A DNA stretch of 63,834 nt, the filler included, from Acidimicrobiia bacterium (GTDB lineage: Bacteria > Actinomycetota > Acidimicrobiia > Spongiisociales > SHLN01), in the NCBI GenBank assembly GCA_041619515.1. It is 4 parts of 4 records of this genome, joined end to end, with 100 filler letters (N's around TTAATTAATTAA, not from the genome) between each part and the next. Parts side by side here need not be neighbours in the genome. Positions count along the whole stretch, not along the records: positions 1 to 18,665 come from JBFKDW010000061.1; 3 more parts are not named here. One strand, 5' to 3'. The notes beneath the pieces were generated by a model. It made no database searches and was not told the DNA's origin. It saw only the letters and a program-made list of their open reading frames with translations. Below are positions 1 through 9,622 of this stretch, piece by piece (within the stretch, counting starts at the first letter, position 1; every line of letters starts with the position of its first letter). A program made the translations under genes and the position numbers.

Positions 1-915
1 CCGCACCTCCGAGGCCCGCCACGGCACATACACGAGGGTGAAGTTGAACGGCATGTGCAGCTCGTCGAGGGCTCGTCCGTAATAGGCAGACCACTCCTCC
101 CAGTCGAAGAGGTGGATCTCTCCTATCAGCACCCGCGGTGGTGTATAGGTCTCCACCAGCGAGCGAAGGTCCCGATAGACGCCATGGATGTCGGGGTGCC
201 CCTTGTCATGAACATGGAGCTGGGTGTCGTACTCCCCCATCGACTTGAAGACCCGGTCCCGGGCAGAGGGGGCGGGGGGGTTGTCGCGCAGCTCCGGGTC
301 TTTCATGATGCGCTGCGCCACGTCGATGCGGAACCCGTCCACGCCCCGGTCGAGCCAGAACCGGAAGACCGAGTGCATGGCGGCGACCACGTCGGGGTTG
401 CGCCAGTTGAGGTCGGGTTGCTCGGGGATGAACGTGTGCAGGTAATACTGGCGGGTCGCCTCATCCCACTCCCAGGCGATTCCACCGAAGGCTCCCAGCC
501 AGTTGTTGGGCGGCGAGCCGTCGGGTTTCGGGTCCCGCCAGACGTACCAGTCGCGCTTCGGGCTCGTGCGTGATGCCCTCGACTCGAGGAACCAGGGGTG
601 TTGGTCCGAGGTGTGGTTGGGCACGACGTCGACGATCACCTTCAGACCCAACCCGTGGGCCACCTCCAGCAACTCGTCGAAATCGTCCATCGTCCCAAAC
701 AGCGGATCAACGCTGGTGTAGTCGGCGACGTCGTATCCGAAGTCGGCCATCGGCGAGGCGTAGAACGGCGAGATCCAGACCGCGTCGACTCCCAGGTCGT
801 GCAGGTATTCGAGCCGGCTGGTGATGCCCGGAAGATCACCGACGCCATCGCCGGTCGAGTCCTGGAAGCTGCGTGGATAGACCTGGTAGATGACGGCGGT
901 CTTCCACCATTCCAT
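1..915 (-). CDS. GH13 alpha-glucosidase/alpha-amylase family (partial, runs off the window start)
   Basis: Not in the ORF track. Manual translation from ATG 915 gives MEWWKTAVIYQVYPRSFQDSTGDGVGDLPGI...GYDVADY...VPNHTSDQHPWF...GFRIDVA. The ATG overlaps the treS stop (TGATG). Confidence 0.9.
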   Translation of the reverse strand, partial: MEWWKTAVIYQVYPRSFQDSTGDGVGDLPGITSRLEYLHDLGVDAVWISPFYASPMADFGYDVADYTSVDPLFGTMDDFDELLEVAHGLGLKVIVDVVPNHTSDQHPWFLESRASRTSPKRDWYVWRDPKPDGSPPNNWLGAFGGIAWEWDEATRQYYLHTFIPEQPDLNWRNPDVVAAMHSVFRFWLDRGVDGFRIDVAQRIMKDPELRDNPPAPSARDRVFKSMGEYDTQLHVHDKGHPDIHGVYRDLRSLVETYTPPRVLIGEIHLFDWEEWSAYYGRALDELHMPFNFTLVYVPWRASEVR

Positions 916-2513
916 CAATCCGCACTTCCCAGCCAGCGAAACTCGCGAGCGGCCAGCTCGAGTGAGCCGGCGACGGTCTCACCGGTGCGCAGATCCGTCA
1001 TCTTGCGGTCGATTTCCACCACCTGTGCGGACGCAGCGAAGTTGGCGAAGACGAGCACTCCGGTGGTCTCATCGGACCGGTGGTAGCCGAGCACCGCGGG
1101 CCGCCCGGTCTCGACCAGCTCGAAGTCTCCGGTGCCAAGCACCGGGAGGCTGCGGCGGGTTGCCAGCAGGCCTCGCACCCAGTGCAGGAGGCTGGCGGGG
1201 TCATCCCGCTGGTCGGCGACGTTCACCCGATCGGGCGAATAGGCGGGGTCGGCGACGACCGGAAGATAGAAGGCGGCCGGGTCGGCCGTGCTGAACCCGG
1301 CTCCCGGCCCCGCCTCCCATTGCATGGGAGTCCGGACGCCATCCCGGTCGTTGAGCAGGTACTCATCTCCCATGCCGATCTCATCGCCGTAGTAGACGAA
1401 CGGCGACCCGGGCAGTGACAGGAGCACTCCGTGCAGCAACTCGAATCGGGCCCGCTCATTGCCCAACAGGGGCATCAATCGCCGCCGGATGCCCACGTTC
1501 TTCTTCATGGCAGGATCGGGCGCGTAACGCTCGTACATGAACTGTCGATCCGCCTCCGTGACCATTTCGAGCGTCAGCTCGTCGTGGTTGCGCAGGAACA
1601 TGCCCCATTGGCAGTTGGGCGGAATGGGTGGGGTGGCCGCCAGGGCCGCCACGATGTCGGAGGCATCCTCCCGCTCGAGTGCCATGTAGAGCGGCGGCAT
1701 GACCGGGAAGTGGTAGGCCATGTGGCACTCGTCGCCGTCGCCCAGGTAGGCGACGACCTCGTGGGGCGGCTGGTTGGCTTCGGCCAGGAGGATTCGCTCC
1801 TCGTACTCGGCGTCGACCATCGCCCGGATTTCCTTGAGATAGGCATGGGTTTCGGGGAGGTTCTCGCAGATTGTGCCTTCCCGCTCGTAGAGGTAGGGAA
1901 TGGCGTCCAGCCTCAGGCCGTCGAAGCCAAGGTCGAGCCAGAAACGAACGATGTCCTTGACTGCTTCGCGTACCTCGGGATTGTCGAAGTTGAGATCGGG
2001 CTGCTCGGCGTAGAACCGATGCCAGTAATAGGCACCGGCCTCATCGTCCCACGCCCAGTTCGAATCCTGGGTGTCGATGAAGATGACCCTGGCCTCGGCG
2101 TAGCGCTCCGGGGTGTCGCTCCACACGTACCAGTCGCGCTTGGGAGATCCGGGCCGCCGTGCCTCTTGAAACCACGGGTGCTGGTCGCTCGTATGGTTGA
2201 CGATGAGGTCGGAGATCACCCGCATTCCCCGGCCGTGAATCTCCGCGAGCAGAAACTTCACGTCGTCGAGCGTGCCGAACTCCCGGCGGACACCGGTGAG
2301 GTCGGAAACGTCGTAGCCGCCGTCGACCAGTGGCGACGGGTAGAACGGCAGCAACCACAGGCAGTCTGCGCCCAGCCACTGGAGGTAATCGAGTTTGGCG
2401 GTGATGCCGGCAATGTCGCCGATGCCGTTGCCGGTCGAATCGAAGAACGCTTGCACCGGGATCTCATAGAAGGTGGCTGTCTGGTACCACATGATCGGAA
2501 CGCTAGCGGTCAC
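915..2513 (-). CDS. treS: trehalose synthase/maltose alpha-D-glucosyltransferase (GH13)
   Basis: Motifs WYQTATFYE, GLRLDAIPYLYEREGTICENL, FLRNHDELTLEMV, NVGIRRRL. GTG 2513 is preceded by a GGGAGG SD. The ORF-track start at 2777 overlaps the divergent regulator. Confidence 0.85.
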   Translation of the reverse strand: MTASVPIMWYQTATFYEIPVQAFFDSTGNGIGDIAGITAKLDYLQWLGADCLWLLPFYPSPLVDGGYDVSDLTGVRREFGTLDDVKFLLAEIHGRGMRVISDLIVNHTSDQHPWFQEARRPGSPKRDWYVWSDTPERYAEARVIFIDTQDSNWAWDDEAGAYYWHRFYAEQPDLNFDNPEVREAVKDIVRFWLDLGFDGLRLDAIPYLYEREGTICENLPETHAYLKEIRAMVDAEYEERILLAEANQPPHEVVAYLGDGDECHMAYHFPVMPPLYMALEREDASDIVAALAATPPIPPNCQWGMFLRNHDELTLEMVTEADRQFMYERYAPDPAMKKNVGIRRRLMPLLGNERARFELLHGVLLSLPGSPFVYYGDEIGMGDEYLLNDRDGVRTPMQWEAGPGAGFSTADPAAFYLPVVADPAYSPDRVNVADQRDDPASLLHWVRGLLATRRSLPVLGTGDFELVETGRPAVLGYHRSDETTGVLVFANFAASAQVVEIDRKMTDLRTGETVAGSLELAAREFRWLGSAD

Positions 2514-2603
2514 GCCCCGGCACCTCCCGGCCCTACCCGCGTGCTCTCCAGCATTTGCGTAAGATAGGACGACTAGCCATCGTAGGAGCAAGGCATAAGA
2601 AGC

Positions 2604-2978
2604 ATGGAATATCGAATTAGCGAGGTTGCAGAGGTGCTTGGGGTGAGTGCCGACACGGCGCGCCGCTGGGTGGACGAAGGACGATTGCCGGCGACTCGCA
2701 GCTCCAGCGGGCACCGTCGAGTAGCCGGTACCGATTTGGCGTCGTTCGTGACGACGGAGGGCTCCCCGGTCCTGCACCGGCGATCGGCGCGGAACCGTCT
2801 CACCGGCATCATCACCGATGTGGAGAAAGACCGGGTGGCCGCCAAGGTCGAGCTCTTCAGCGGAGGACAGCGCATCGTGGCGCTCCTCACCCGCGAGGCG
2901 GCCGACGATCTCGGCCTGGCGACCGGCGTGCGGGCGACGGCGGTGGTGAAGGCAACCAACGTGATGATCGAGTTGTGA
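2604..2978 (+). CDS. excisionase/MerR-type HTH plus TOBE domain molybdate-responsive regulator
   Basis: N-terminal YRISEVAEVLGVSADTARRW HTH. C-terminal SARNRLTG...AVVKATNV TOBE/Mop motif. First gene of the mod operon. Confidence 0.85.
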   Translation: MEYRISEVAEVLGVSADTARRWVDEGRLPATRSSSGHRRVAGTDLASFVTTEGSPVLHRRSARNRLTGIITDVEKDRVAAKVELFSGGQRIVALLTREAADDLGLATGVRATAVVKATNVMIEL

Positions 2979-3691
2979 GAGGAGGTCTCGCCCTGGTCGC
3001 AGTCGTGCTGCTCGGCACCGCCTGCAGCGGCACCGGCGAACGACACCTGATCGTCGGAGCCGCCTCTTCGATGACCGAGGTTGCCCACCGGCTCGCCGAC
3101 TCGTACGGTCTGGCGCATATCGAGCTGTCGGTGGCGGGCAGCCAGGTGCTGGTCGCCCAGGTGCGAGAGGGGGCGCCGCTCGACGTCGTCCTGACCGCCG
3201 ACGCCGGAACCGCCCGGGCGTTGGTGGACCTCGGTGCCGTGGCCGGCCGGCCGATCCTGTTCGCCCGCAACCGGCTGGCGATCGCGGTAGCCGCCGGAAA
3301 CCCGCTGGCCATCTCCGAGCTGGCCGACCTGGCGAGGCCCGGCCTCACGGTAGTGCTGGCCGCCCCGGAGGTCCCCGCCGGGCAATACACCGCCCGGCTC
3401 CTCGAGAATGCCGCCGTTTCCATCTCGCCCTCCAGCCTCGAGCCGAGCGTGCGTTCGGTGCTGGCCAAGGTCCAGCTCGGGGAAGCAGATGCCGGCATCG
3501 TCTACCAAACCGACCTCGAGCGAAGCGGGATCAGCGGAGTCGAACTGCCGGACGAGATCAACCCGGTGACCGAGTATTACGCCGCAGTTCTGAAAGAGGC
3601 CTCCGATCCGGGAAGGGCCGAGGCCTTCGTTGCATACCTCCAGACCCCGGAGGCGGCCGGGATCCTGCGCGAATTCGGCTTCTTGGCATGA
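2975..3691 (+). CDS. modA: molybdate ABC transporter substrate-binding lipoprotein
   Basis: Lipobox LGTAC; motifs AASS, AGSQVL, VPAGQY, GEADAGIVYQTD. GTGA overlap with the regulator. Confidence 0.9.
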   Translation: MRGGLALVAVVLLGTACSGTGERHLIVGAASSMTEVAHRLADSYGLAHIELSVAGSQVLVAQVREGAPLDVVLTADAGTARALVDLGAVAGRPILFARNRLAIAVAAGNPLAISELADLARPGLTVVLAAPEVPAGQYTARLLENAAVSISPSSLEPSVRSVLAKVQLGEADAGIVYQTDLERSGISGVELPDEINPVTEYYAAVLKEASDPGRAEAFVAYLQTPEAAGILREFGFLA

Positions 3692-4470
3692 GACCCGCCA
3701 CCGCCGGGAACATCCCGGCCCGGCTCATCGCCCTGGCGACCCTCGGGCTCGTCTTGCTGATGGGCCCGCTGATCGGATTGTTGATCCGGATGCCCTGGAC
3801 CCGCCTGTTGGGGGACGTGGGCGATGCCGGAACGGCAGTGCGGGTGTCCGTCTTCGTCTCGGTGTCGGCGACCGCAGTCGCGGCAGGACTCGGGGTCCCC
3901 CTCGGCTGGGTGCTGGCCCGGGGGCGGTTCCGGGCACGAGCAGTCCTCCGTGCCGTCATTCTCCTGCCGATCGTGCTCCCCCCGGTGGTATCGGGCGTGG
4001 CGCTGCTGGCCTCGCTCGGGCGGAGCGGGCCCATCGGCTCGGTGCTGGGCGAGCTGTTCGGGCTCACGCTTCCCTTCACGATGGCAGGTGCCGTGGTGGC
4101 CGCTGCGTTCGTTGCCCTCCCGTTCGTGGCGCTCGTTTCCGAAGCCGGTTTCCAGGGTCTCGACCGGAACCTGGAGGATGTAGCGGCCACGCTGGGGGCG
4201 GGGCCGTGGCGTCGCTTCCGCCGCATTGCTCTCCCCCAGGCGCTCCCGGCACTTGGGGCCGGGCTGGTGCTGGGCTGGGCCCGAGCAATCGGTGAGTTCG
4301 GCGCCACCATCACCTTTGCCGGCAATCTCAGCGGGCGCACCCAAACCCTGCCCCTGGCGATCTTCTTCGAGCTCGAGCGCGATCCGGAAGCAGCCTTCAG
4401 CCTCAGCCTCGTCCTCGTGCTGGTCTCGCTGGGCGTGCTGTTCACCGCCCGGCGGGCGTGGAGCCGCTGA
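3688..4470 (+). CDS. modB: molybdate ABC transporter permease
   Basis: Motifs LPIVLPPVVSG, AATLGA, WARAIGEFGATITFAGN. ATGA overlap. Confidence 0.9.
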   Translation: MRPATAGNIPARLIALATLGLVLLMGPLIGLLIRMPWTRLLGDVGDAGTAVRVSVFVSVSATAVAAGLGVPLGWVLARGRFRARAVLRAVILLPIVLPPVVSGVALLASLGRSGPIGSVLGELFGLTLPFTMAGAVVAAAFVALPFVALVSEAGFQGLDRNLEDVAATLGAGPWRRFRRIALPQALPALGAGLVLGWARAIGEFGATITFAGNLSGRTQTLPLAIFFELERDPEAAFSLSLVLVLVSLGVLFTARRAWSR

Positions 4471-5495
4471 TGCTGTCGTGTCACATTGCGGCCATCCGAA
4501 ACGGCTTCTCTCTCAGCGTCGGTTTCGATCTCACCACAGAAGAGGTGGTTGCGGTGGTGGGGCCAAACGGTGCCGGCAAGACCACGTTGCTCCGGGTTCT
4601 GGCAGGGCTCGATCCGGTCCAGGCTGGGAGTGTGGTGGTGGACGACGAGGTATGGGAGGATCCCGGCCGCCGGATACGGCTGGCCCCCGAGCAGCGCCGC
4701 GTCGGCTACGTGCCCCAGGCCGCCCTGTTGTTTCCCCATCTCGACGTCCGGCACAACGTTGCTTTCGGGCTCGACCGCCACCAGGCGCAGGCGGCCGACG
4801 CCTGGCTTGATCGACTCGGCCTGGAGCCACTCGCCGATGCGATGCCCCATGAGCTGTCGGGCGGCCAGGCGCAGCTGGTGGCCTTCGCGCGCGCGCAGGT
4901 TCGGCGGCCGCGCCTGCTCCTGCTCGACGAGCCGCTTGCATCTGTGGACGCCGCCAACCGAACGGCCATCCGCCGCGTCATACGGCGGGAATTGCGCGAC
5001 AGCCCGGGCTATCGGGTTCTCGTCACCCACGACCCGCTGGAGGCCGCCGCCCTCGCCGACCGCGTGGTGGTCCTGGATGAGGGCCGGGTGACTCAAATCG
5101 GTTCGGTCGACGATCTTCGGAGCCGTCCCCGGTCCCGGTACGTCGCCGAGTTGGTGGGGATGAACTTCTTCTCCGGGCATGCCTCAGCCGGGGCAATCAC
5201 GCTCGACACCGGGGCGACGCTCGTGAGCGCCGAGGTCCCGGATGGGCCGGCGCTGGCCAGTGTCCACCCCCGGGCGGTCTCCCTGTACTTCGAGCGTCCC
5301 GCCGGTTCGCCCCGCAACGTTTGGCTCGGGACCATCTCCACCATCGAACCGAGCCTCGAGCAGGTCCGGGTGCACGTCACCGGACCGATCGACGTGGTGG
5401 CCGAGGTCACCCGGGCCGGAGCGGCGGCGTTCTCGGAGGGTGAGCCCGTGTGGGTGGCCGTCAAAGCATCCGAGGTGACGGGGTATCCGCAATAG
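4470..5495 (+). CDS. modC: molybdate ABC transporter ATP-binding protein with C-terminal TOBE domain
   Basis: Walker A GPNGAGKT, LSGGQ signature, LLLLDEP, SPRN...VAVKA TOBE. ATG overlaps the modB stop. Confidence 0.9.
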   Translation: MLSCHIAAIRNGFSLSVGFDLTTEEVVAVVGPNGAGKTTLLRVLAGLDPVQAGSVVVDDEVWEDPGRRIRLAPEQRRVGYVPQAALLFPHLDVRHNVAFGLDRHQAQAADAWLDRLGLEPLADAMPHELSGGQAQLVAFARAQVRRPRLLLLDEPLASVDAANRTAIRRVIRRELRDSPGYRVLVTHDPLEAAALADRVVVLDEGRVTQIGSVDDLRSRPRSRYVAELVGMNFFSGHASAGAITLDTGATLVSAEVPDGPALASVHPRAVSLYFERPAGSPRNVWLGTISTIEPSLEQVRVHVTGPIDVVAEVTRAGAAAFSEGEPVWVAVKASEVTGYPQ

Positions 5496-5545
5496 GTGGG
5501 AACGGATAGTGGCTGCCCGGCGTTAGCTTGTCCAACGGGAGAAAC

Positions 5546-6172
5546 ATGCGACGTCTGATACTTCTGGCCGCGATTGCGCTCGCTGCTGCCGCCTGCGGTG
5601 GCGGCGCCAGCTCGGAGACTTTCGAGAGCCTCGACGCGGCCGCCTCCAACACCCTGGCGGCCCCGGGATCAACGACCACCACCGTGATCGGAGAGCCCCC
5701 ACCCGAAACGCCCACGGAACCCTCACCGGTTCCGGTCCCCGAAGACCCGGCCCGGTTTCCCGAATCGGACTACCCGGACGTGGTGGTGGCCGACCTGTCG
5801 GGCGGCGAGGTGAATCTCCGTGAGCTGGCCCTCGAAACCGAGCCGGTCCTGCTGTGGTTCTGGGCGCCGCACTGACCCACGTGCCGCCGGGAGGCTCCCG
5901 GCGTCGAGCAGTTTGCTCGAGAGAATGCGGATCTCGTCACGGTTGTCGGTCTCGGCGCTCAGGACACCTATCAGGAAGCACTCGACTTCGTCGATGATTA
6001 CGGGACCACCTCGTTTCGGATGCTGTACGACGAATCGTTCGAATCGTGGTCGGCGCTCGGGATCCGCGGCCAGCCCATAGCCATCCTGTTCACGCCGGAC
6101 GGGCGCGGCCACACCATCTGGTACGGCCCCTTCAACGAGGCCGAGGTACTCGATCTGGCTGCGACGCTCTAA
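5546..6172 (+). CDS. TlpA/DsbE-like thioredoxin-fold lipoprotein, probable selenoprotein (UxxC, TGA 5873-5875 read as Sec)
   Basis: Signal/lipobox AAAC, S/T/P-rich linker, then PVLLWFWAPH-TGA-PTCRREAPGVEQFARENADLVTVVGLG...LGIRGQPIAILF to TAA 6170-6172. The frame stays open for 99 codons after the TGA and a hairpin follows it. Confidence 0.85.
5885..5903 (+). promoter_or_regulatory. candidate bacterial SECIS hairpin
   Basis: CGCCGGGA-GGC-TCCCGGCG is a perfect 8-bp stem starting 9 nt after the in-frame TGA. The loop begins with G, 17 nt from the UGA. Confidence 0.7.
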
Positions 6173-7119
6173 CCCCCGGCGGCAGCAAGAGCCACCGTGG
6201 CATGCAGCGAGCGATGATCGCTCCCGGCAGAGGCCCCGAATCGGAAGCTCGTCGTGGTCAATTCGGGCGTGTGCAGGAGATGATCGATGGGAATCTTGAA
6301 CGGGCCCCATCCGGCCGGCCAGCTCCCGGCGACGCCCCGGCCCCGCTGGGCGTCGATGAGGCCGACCTCGAGCAAATCACGGAAGGCCGAGGTCCAGGGT
6401 GTGGCATTGAAGTCGCCGAGGAGCACCATCGGGGTGTCGCGTCTTCGCACCCGGTTGCCCGCCCCGGCCAACTGATCGTCTCGTGCTGAGGATCGTGCCT
6501 CCCGCCCCGGCGAGGAGGTGTGAAACCCGAGAATCTCGATGCGTCTTTCACCGATGAACGCCTCCAAGACGAGGCCGGGCACCTCGCTCTCCCCCAGGTT
6601 GGTCAGCCGGCCCGATACCGAAGGGACCCGGGTCAGCGCCAGCAGCCCGATGGGAGTGTTGGCGGGCGTCCCGGCAACGGGCCGATAGGGCAGCGTCGCC
6701 GCCTCGAACAGCTCCAGCAGGGCGGGGGTGACCTCGGCCAGCAGAATCACATCGGCCGTCTGCCGGCGGACGAAGTCGACCACAGCCGCCTTGTTGGGAT
6801 TGGCGGCGCGGGTGTTCAGATGAACGATCGTGATCTCGTCCTCGGAAGCCGGTTGCGCAATCGAGCCCCACCAGTAGGGCCCAACTGCCAGGAGATTCAC
6901 CGCTGCCACCAGCGCGATCACAGCGAAAGGCCGCCACCATTCGTTCCACGCCACCGGGATGAGAGCCAGAACCGCAAGCCACAGATACTGGAATCTGAAG
7001 TTACCGACCAGGTCGAAGATCCACGAGGTGCGCCCGAGCAAGCCCACCACCGTTCCGAGCACGGTGCCCAGGCCCACGGTCACTCCCGCCCTCCCCAGCC
7101 ACAGCTTGGCATCGGTCAC
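6169..7119 (-). CDS. membrane-anchored endonuclease/exonuclease/phosphatase (EEP) family protein
   Basis: Three N-terminal TM segments; motifs HLN, LLAEV, LLGDFNATPW, IPIDHLL, SDHR. GTG 7119 overlaps the SURF1 stop (GTGA). Confidence 0.85.
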   Translation of the reverse strand: MTDAKLWLGRAGVTVGLGTVLGTVVGLLGRTSWIFDLVGNFRFQYLWLAVLALIPVAWNEWWRPFAVIALVAAVNLLAVGPYWWGSIAQPASEDEITIVHLNTRAANPNKAAVVDFVRRQTADVILLAEVTPALLELFEAATLPYRPVAGTPANTPIGLLALTRVPSVSGRLTNLGESEVPGLVLEAFIGERRIEILGFHTSSPGREARSSARDDQLAGAGNRVRRRDTPMVLLGDFNATPWTSAFRDLLEVGLIDAQRGRGVAGSWPAGWGPFKIPIDHLLHTPELTTTSFRFGASAGSDHRSLHATVALAAAGG

Positions 7120-7829
7120 GGCGAGAAGAACTGCTTGCGTAGAAACACCACCCATCCGACCGATGCGATGGTGGCCAGGGCCCACCACTGGAGCGCATAG
7201 AGGAAGTTGGGCCGGTTGGTCGGCTCGGGGGCGGCAGGGAGGACGGTCGGAGCCCCGCCCGGTTGTGGCTGCTCGGAGATCAGGTCGAGGTACACGGGAA
7301 GGAGCGTGCCCTCGAACTGCGGGTTGAGCCGGTCGATGTCAATGCGGGCAATCGTGTCGAGGGTCCCGGTGTCGGGGTTCTGGGGGCCGAACCGGGATGT
7401 GCCCTGACTCAGCCGGATCGTGCCGGTCACCACCACCTCGACATCCCGCAGCGGCAGCAGTGGCGGTCCGGCTGCATCTGCAATGAACCCCCGGTTGACC
7501 AGGATGGTTCCGGCCCCAGTGCGCAGCGGGAGTATCTGCTCGTGACCCTGCTGTCCGTTCCGCACCCGAGGTCGCAGCTCCAGCCGGGCGGCGTAGTCGT
7601 AGCGGCCGGATACGACGGCGGTTCGCAGCTCCAGGGACTCAGGCGGATCACGCAGGTCCGTGAGATCGGCCGGAGCGGCGGCCAGCCGGGTTTCGAGGCC
7701 GGCGTTGTCCTCACGCTGCTGGTAGTGGCGGTCGAGCTGCCAGAATCCGAGCGCGGTGAAGGAGACGGTCGCGACCAGCGCCAGGACGTGACCGAGCAAC
7801 CAGCGGGGCTTGAGAAGCGGCGTTGACAT
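7116..7829 (-). CDS. SURF1 family protein
   Basis: Motifs LGFWQLDR, ILVNRGFI, NFLYALQWW. Upstream -10-like TACACT. Confidence 0.85.
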   Translation of the reverse strand: MSTPLLKPRWLLGHVLALVATVSFTALGFWQLDRHYQQREDNAGLETRLAAAPADLTDLRDPPESLELRTAVVSGRYDYAARLELRPRVRNGQQGHEQILPLRTGAGTILVNRGFIADAAGPPLLPLRDVEVVVTGTIRLSQGTSRFGPQNPDTGTLDTIARIDIDRLNPQFEGTLLPVYLDLISEQPQPGGAPTVLPAAPEPTNRPNFLYALQWWALATIASVGWVVFLRKQFFSP

Positions 7830-8038
7830 GAGGTGGGGCCCGGCCAGTGTACCGACTCCACCGATGGCGCCTTTCCGGCCTTTCGCATGCCGACGGGGCC
7901 GCAACCAGAGTGGGGCCGAGTGGTTGCAACCCGTCGGCCCGTCCGGGGCGGCGAGACCGTTCGACTCAGGCGGGCTTCAGGACGGGCCCGGCGCCGGGCC
8001 GACCGCTCCGGTCGGCCGGCGCGGCCGTTCCCGTCCGC

Positions 8039-9568
8039 TCAGAGCTTGCCCCCGGCAGCCGTGTCGCCGGATCGTCGCGGATCGGCGGTGCCGATGAGGC
8101 CTTGGGCCGGGCTCCACGCCGCCGCCTGCACACCCCCGAAATACATCGACCGCTCGGCAAAATGGCGAACCGGGCCCTTTGCTTCGACGGGGAGATCCAA
8201 CTCGTAGGCCACCGTCGGCTGCCCGTCGAACACCTCTGCGTGCACCCGCGGGTGAGCCACCGCCTGGACGAGGTCCATGTCGAGCCACAGGTGGTTGATG
8301 AGCGACTCGCCAACCGCGGTGGTGATGCGGTCGGCACCAGCCGACCCGATGGCCAGAACCTCTCCGTCCTCGTTACGAGCAATAGTCGGCGCCATGTTTG
8401 ACATCAGCCTGGTGCCGGGCGCCAGCCCATGGAACCCGTCTGGATGCAGCTCCAGCTCGCCCAAGGAGTTGTTCAACCAGATCCCGGTTCCCGGGACCAT
8501 GACCCCCGATCCGTATCCTGCCGAAGCCGTGATGGCACAGGCCCGCCCGTCGGAGTCGACGGACGACACGTGGGTGGTCGATCCGGAGGCGAGCAGCCGC
8601 CCGACGTCCCCCATCCGGGCAGCTTCAAGAAGCTCCGTGACGGCAGCCGGGAGCTGCTCCCCGGCAGCCTCGAGACGCGTCGACCGATAGGCGAAGACTG
8701 CCCGCTGAGCCTGGACGAGCCGATCGATCTCGGACGGGGTCCAACCCTCGAGCCCGTCCTCCCCGAGCAGCAGGAGCAACGCCGCGAGGGCCGCGCCACC
8801 GATGGCCGGGGCCGGGTTCGTCGCGATGTCCCAGCCGTGGAGATGGAGCCGGATCGGCTCACGCACCACGGCCTGGTAGGCGGCCATGTCGGCCCGGGAG
8901 AGGATGCCCCCATGCTCGTGGAGCTCGTCGGCGATGGCGTTTCCTATGTCGCCGGTGTAGAAGACCTCGGCTCCCCCGGTCGCAATCAGCTCGAGTGAGT
9001 CGGCCAGCTCGGGGATGGTGAGAATCTCTCCCTGGGCGCGCACGCTGCCATCAGGGTGATGGACGATCCGGTGGCTGTCGGGATGCCAGCCGAATATGAC
9101 CTCGTGGGAATGCTCCCAGTAGCGAGCCGTCACGCCCGGAACCGGAAAGCCGGTACGGGTGAAGTGGATGGCGGGTCGGAAGACTTCGGCCCACGGCGCT
9201 GCTCCATACCTCTGCGAGGCAACCTCGAAGCCCGCGAAGGCACCCGGCGTCGCCACCGAGCTGTAACCCACGTTGGTCCGCATGCCTCCGCCATAGGTCA
9301 TGAAGATCTCGTGTCGGCCGGTGCCGAGGCGGTCCGGATCGGCCCTGCCCGGCATCTCGCAATATCCGTCGATGGTGACCGGATCCTGGCCTGGTTCCCA
9401 CACGGTGATGAACGCACCCGCCGCCGGGGCAATGATCCCGGGTTCGGTTGACAGCGAGACGATGGCGGCAGCAAGCGCGGCATCAACGGCGTTGCCGCCG
9501 GCATCGGCGACGGAGGCGGCGGCTTCTGCACCGATGGTGGAACCGGCTGCTGTCATGACTTTCGGCAT
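8039..9568 (-). CDS. ggt: gamma-glutamyltransferase family (Ntn hydrolase)
   Basis: GGNAVDAALAA, autocatalytic Thr in STTHVSSVD, GIWLNN, SNMAPT, ADPRR. Confidence 0.88.
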   Translation of the reverse strand: MPKVMTAAGSTIGAEAAASVADAGGNAVDAALAAAIVSLSTEPGIIAPAAGAFITVWEPGQDPVTIDGYCEMPGRADPDRLGTGRHEIFMTYGGGMRTNVGYSSVATPGAFAGFEVASQRYGAAPWAEVFRPAIHFTRTGFPVPGVTARYWEHSHEVIFGWHPDSHRIVHHPDGSVRAQGEILTIPELADSLELIATGGAEVFYTGDIGNAIADELHEHGGILSRADMAAYQAVVREPIRLHLHGWDIATNPAPAIGGAALAALLLLLGEDGLEGWTPSEIDRLVQAQRAVFAYRSTRLEAAGEQLPAAVTELLEAARMGDVGRLLASGSTTHVSSVDSDGRACAITASAGYGSGVMVPGTGIWLNNSLGELELHPDGFHGLAPGTRLMSNMAPTIARNEDGEVLAIGSAGADRITTAVGESLINHLWLDMDLVQAVAHPRVHAEVFDGQPTVAYELDLPVEAKGPVRHFAERSMYFGGVQAAAWSPAQGLIGTADPRRSGDTAAGGKL

Positions 9569-9622
9569 GACCGAAGCCTAAAGGGCGTCTCACTCGAGCG
9601 ACATTCGACCCCGCCCAGCATC

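Noticed and set aside
2549..2560. GCATTTGC mini-palindrome as an operator of the mod regulator
   Set aside because: Too short and single-copy to call without comparative footprinting.
5528..5875. 115-aa ORF treated as a complete protein or pseudogene
   Set aside because: The stop falls on the catalytic position, the downstream frame is intact and a SECIS-like hairpin follows, so Sec read-through explains it better.
7955..7970. GTTCGACTC resembling a tRNA T-loop (possible tRNA-Sec near the selenoprotein)
   Set aside because: No 5-bp T stem, acceptor stem or UCA anticodon arm could be built around it.
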